This document shows positions 60,670-64,000 of a stretch of 64,000 nt of DNA, piece by piece. This DNA comes from an uncultured Methanosarcinales archaeon. GTDB lineage: Archaea > Nanobdellota > Nanobdellia > Woesearchaeales > JACPIF01. Every line of letters begins with the position of its first letter. Within the stretch, counting starts at the first letter, position 1. The stretch is taken from positions 88,246 to 152,245 of the forward strand of contig CAZRPY010000001.1 in assembly GCA_964602245.1 (NCBI GenBank). Reading direction: 5' to 3'. Position numbers and translations under genes: made by a program. The notes below the pieces were generated by a model. The model had not been told where the DNA came from. It did not search any database and was given only the letters and a program-made list of their open reading frames with translations.

Positions 60670-61206
60670 TTAAGGTTCTAATTTGAATATTTCTAGGTCC
60701 TCATATAAGGCACCCTGTCTAGTAAGAGTGCTTTTCATGAGCCTGAAGTCTTTAACATTCGCTTCTAAGTTTTTAATTTTAAGCTTAGAAACATTTTGAA
60801 CAAATTCTTCTTTGTTTTTCAAGAATTTTACTCTAGCTAGAGTTATATGAGGCTTAAACTTCTTTTCTTTAGGGGAATATTCTAACATAGATTGGTCTAT
60901 TAATGATTGAAGTTCTAATGCGTCATTTTCTGGATTAATTCCTAGCCACACAACTCTTATCATCTTATTGCTAGGGAAAAAGCCTATTCTATCAAGGCTA
61001 AAGGTAAAGCTTTTAAATTTTATAGCAGAAAGCTTCTCCTTTACTTTTTCTAATAACTCATTCTCAATATAGCCTAAGAATTTTAGAGTTAAATGATAGT
61101 CTTTTACTAAAGAAATACCTTTGAGGTCTTTTATGAACTCTTTTTGCAGTTCTGCTAGATAAGATTTAATTTGCTCAGGAAGAGCTACTGCTATGAAAGT
61201 CCTCAT
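60670..61206 (-). CDS. thpR: RNA 2',3'-cyclic phosphodiesterase (2H family)
   Basis: MRTFIA, HLTLKFLG, PHITLAR. Confidence 0.93.
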   Translation of the reverse strand: MRTFIAVALPEQIKSYLAELQKEFIKDLKGISLVKDYHLTLKFLGYIENELLEKVKEKLSAIKFKSFTFSLDRIGFFPSNKMIRVVWLGINPENDALELQSLIDQSMLEYSPKEKKFKPHITLARVKFLKNKEEFVQNVSKLKIKNLEANVKDFRLMKSTLTRQGALYEDLEIFKLEP

Positions 61207-61245
61207 ATTACCTCATTGGGGAATAAGAAAGATTAGAAAAATAAT

Positions 61246-61578
61246 TTATTGCTCTTCTTCTCCAAAATCTTCTGTGTCTTCATAACTTTCTGGCTCAGAA
61301 GCAGATTCTTGGCTTTCTTCTGTGTAGTCTTGTTTTGGTTCTTGTGCCTCTTTTTCACTTTTACCAATAACCTCCCCAAAGCCAACTTTGCTAAGAACCT
61401 TTTTAACTCTGATTCTTACCTCATCACCTTGGCTGGTGTTAGGCACAAATAGCACAAAGCCGTCTTTTTTAGCTATGCCATCGCCTTTCTCGCCAACTGC
61501 TTCTATCTTCACATCTAACTCATCTCCAACATTAACTGGAGCTGATCTAGGCCTAAAACCTCTATCTTCTCTTCTCAT
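61246..61578 (-). CDS. Single-TRAM-domain RNA-binding protein with acidic tail
   Basis: APV.VG....V.IEAVGEKGDGIAK..GFVLFVP. Confidence 0.9.
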   Translation of the reverse strand: MRREDRGFRPRSAPVNVGDELDVKIEAVGEKGDGIAKKDGFVLFVPNTSQGDEVRIRVKKVLSKVGFGEVIGKSEKEAQEPKQDYTEESQESASEPESYEDTEDFGEEEQ

Positions 61579-61686
61579 TATTTACTTCACCTTTGAATTT
61601 AGGTATTTAACTACCCTATTAACCTATTATGAATTTTATTGTATTTATAAATATATGCCTTTTTAGAATGAAAAATAAAAAAGAAA

Positions 61687-62739
61687 TTAGAGATCTTTCA
61701 AGCCCGCTATGTCGAGATAGAAGGTAGCTTCTCCTTCAGGCAGGTTTGGACTGTCAACAAGCTTTGCAACTCTGCTGCCTTTCTTACCTTTCCTTAGATA
61801 AATTCTAAAGGTAGAGGTATGGGCTACAATATGGCCACCAATTGCTTGTGTTGGGTCACCAAAGAAGATATCTGGTCTGGCCATTACTTGATTAGTAACA
61901 TAGACACACAAGTTATAGGTGTCTGCAAGCTTAAGCAATGTGTGCATGTGCTTGTTAATTCTTTGCTGCCTATCTGCTAGAGTACCTCTGCCTATAAACT
62001 CTGCCCTGAAATGAGCAGTTAATGAGTCAACTACAACAAGTTTGACTTTTAGACCTTGTTTTTTTATAAGGTCTTCTATCTTTTCGGCTAGAAGCGTTTG
62101 ATGATCTGAGTTATAGGCTCGAGCAACCTTTATGTTTCTCAAGACTTGCTCTGGATCCATGCCAAAGCCTTCTGCAATCTGCTGAATTCTCTCTGGCCTG
62201 AATGTGTTCTCAGTATCAATGAATACTGCTATTGCTTCTGGATCATTTTTCTGGCACTGGACTGCTAAAGAATGTGCAATCTGGGTTTTTCCACTGCCAA
62301 ATTCTCCAAATGCTTCTATTATACAGTCAGTTTCAAAGCCACCACCAAGTAAGTTGTCTAGAGCTTGACTTCCTGAATGGATTTTTTCTATCATTGCTCT
62401 TTTGGCAAGCAAATCAATGCCAGATTCAAAACCCATCTGTAAAGCGCTTCTTGCTGCATGAATCATTTTTCTAGCTACTAGTTCGCTAACACCTGTAGCA
62501 TCTACTATCTCTCCAGGAGAAGCAACTGCTATACTCATTAAAGTAGAGAAGCCTACTTCTTCAAGCTTTGAAGCTGTAGCTGGACCTACTCCAGGCAGAT
62601 CTGCAACATTAATCTCTCTTTTTATGTGGACTGTTTTTTCAGTCCTTGCTCTTTGCTTTTCTTTTGTTTCAGAAATCGTAGATTTCTGAGACTCGGAACT
62701 TTGTTCCTTTGTTTCCAAGATAACCACTTTTTGCATCAT
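61687..62739 (-). CDS. radA: DNA repair and recombination protein RadA
   Basis: LPGVG HhH, GEFGSGKTQ, DTENTFRPER, GRGTLADRQ, DSPNLPE. Confidence 0.97.
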   Translation of the reverse strand: MMQKVVILETKEQSSESQKSTISETKEKQRARTEKTVHIKREINVADLPGVGPATASKLEEVGFSTLMSIAVASPGEIVDATGVSELVARKMIHAARSALQMGFESGIDLLAKRAMIEKIHSGSQALDNLLGGGFETDCIIEAFGEFGSGKTQIAHSLAVQCQKNDPEAIAVFIDTENTFRPERIQQIAEGFGMDPEQVLRNIKVARAYNSDHQTLLAEKIEDLIKKQGLKVKLVVVDSLTAHFRAEFIGRGTLADRQQRINKHMHTLLKLADTYNLCVYVTNQVMARPDIFFGDPTQAIGGHIVAHTSTFRIYLRKGKKGSRVAKLVDSPNLPEGEATFYLDIAGLKDL

Positions 62740-62752
62740 AATCACCTCTGAT

Positions 62753-63055
62753 TTATATAATTTCCTCTACAACTTTCTCAGAATCATAGCCAGAGCTGAT
62801 CTCTCTCATTGTGAGATACTCATAGGCTTTCTGAAGAACTAGAGATGCTCTTGGCAGGTCATTAACTCTAAGAGTTGCAGAATTCTGCCATACTCCATTC
62901 TTGTCTTTGTATCTTCTTTGGAAAGATACTGTACGGAAATTTACAACACCATCCTTGCCAGCTGCTTGGTTTAGCCAAACTGTTGCACTAATTGGGCCGC
63001 TAACAAACTTTTTTTCAGGACTATTGCCTGAGTCCTCAACAAAACTACTTTTCAT
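62753..63055 (-). CDS. Small hypothetical protein, possible ssDNA-binding fold
   Basis: GPISATVW.N, VSFQRRYKD..G.W; RBS; directly upstream of radA. Confidence 0.65.
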   Translation of the reverse strand: MKSSFVEDSGNSPEKKFVSGPISATVWLNQAAGKDGVVNFRTVSFQRRYKDKNGVWQNSATLRVNDLPRASLVLQKAYEYLTMREISSGYDSEKVVEEII

Positions 63056-63280
63056 TTTAAACACCCTTATTTGCTGTTCGCATTTTCTTTCAATACTTCC
63101 CTTATTTTGCGTATCATAAAGAACGCCAGGAAGTGGGTAAAGCCAAAATGGCCTTTAGCAATCTTATTTAGCTATTATCTTTATATACCTCACGTGAAGA
63201 TGTCTTGTGACTTGTGGTATGTCTAATAAGATAATAAGGCTTATAAATGAAGAATATTAGGATTATAGGCTGTCCAGTGG

Positions 63281-64000
63281 TTATTCTATGATTTCCTCTG
63301 GAACCTCTTCTATAACATTATTCAGGTTTTCTTTATCTTTATTTTTGCTAAATATTATAGGATTTGGGCTCTGCTGAGGACTAAGGGATAAAATCTCTTT
63401 TTCTGGATCTATATTAGTATGAACATTATTGGAAATAAATTCTAGTCTGTCAAACATCTGATTTTTGGTGCATCTGCCCCTAACCTTGATTGTAGTGCCA
63501 AGAAGAGCAGCTCTTATTTCTTCAAAAATCTCTGGAGAGTCTTTTATTTTTAGTATTTCTATACTATTTTTTGCTAGAAGGGCTTCAAGCTGGTTTCTAA
63601 AAAAGACTGCTCTAATATTATCTGTTCCATCATCAAGGGTTAAATTAAGTACATAGGAATAAGCAGGAGTTATTATGCCATGTTCTTGGCATTTAAAATC
63701 ATCAGCAAACCTGACTCTTCTGCTGCATTTGTCGCAAATCTCAAAGAACTTTATATCAAAAACCTGGACAATTGTTGCTAATAATTCAATATCAGAGTCA
63801 TTTTCAGTAATATCTTTAATATCTTTCCTAGTGGAAGTTTTATAGCTATCTGGATTTATATTTATTGTAACATTTTCTATATCTGTTAGAAGTTGCCCAT
63901 TATCATTTAAATGCACCTCTTTTCTTCCATTGTTATCTTTTACATATCCATTTTTTATTTTAACAATAGAATTAACTTTTAATGTTCTTATTTTATCAGC
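63281..64000 (-). CDS. rpa: Replication protein A, C-terminal OB folds and Zn finger (starts beyond window)
   Basis: Frame open to 64000; C..C.RRV..C.EHG, LDDGTDNIRAVFF. Confidence 0.85.
   Translation of the reverse strand, partial: ADKIRTLKVNSIVKIKNGYVKDNNGRKEVHLNDNGQLLTDIENVTININPDSYKTSTRKDIKDITENDSDIELLATIVQVFDIKFFEICDKCSRRVRFADDFKCQEHGIITPAYSYVLNLTLDDGTDNIRAVFFRNQLEALLAKNSIEILKIKDSPEIFEEIRAALLGTTIKVRGRCTKNQMFDRLEFISNNVHTNIDPEKEILSLSPQQSPNPIIFSKNKDKENLNNVIEEVPEEIIE

Noticed and set aside
63086..63099. 14-bp match (TTCTTTCAATACTT) to element copy 1 at 44998-45011
   Set aside because: AT-rich, absent from copy 2, and not accompanied by the conserved stems; plausibly chance
833..63656. Numerous 60-135 aa antisense or nested ORFs in the track (e.g. 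8631..9038, 40105..40467, 49704..50090)
   Set aside because: They overlap well-supported genes and carry no recognisable motifs
1..64000. tRNA genes, transposases, integrases, prophage genes
   Set aside because: None recognised by eye; a tRNAscan/HMM run would be needed to exclude divergent ones

Overview
AT-rich archaeal chromosomal segment, most consistent with a DPANN (Woesearchaeota-like) genome: archaeal radA, radB, RPA, aMBF1, uS2, Fap7-type kinase, TATA promoters and a free-standing 5S rRNA. About 43 kb is a large surface-glycan locus with five GT9, several GT2/GT4 and GT-C-like membrane proteins, flippases, three B12-dependent radical SAM enzymes, two carbamoyltransferases, three methyltransferases and nucleotide-sugar enzymes. 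It is followed by glmM-glmU-glmS and housekeeping genes. The most unusual signals are: (1) a ~150-nt structured non-coding element present twice, once beside 5S rRNA/Rqc2 and once in the rps2 leader, where the gene start is duplicated around it; (2) two RHH DNA-binding proteins fused to apparently inactive sugar-nucleotidyltransferase domains; (3) a putative operon of two AglB/STT3-like proteins lacking WWDYG plus a processive GT2; (4) a free-standing LAGLIDADG gene next to a compositionally foreign 5' end of ugd; (5) a methyltransferase inserted with replacement of a neighbouring gene's 3' end. All product calls come from motif recognition by eye. No database searches were run. Some start codons were adjusted from the ORF track using RBS/TATA spacing.
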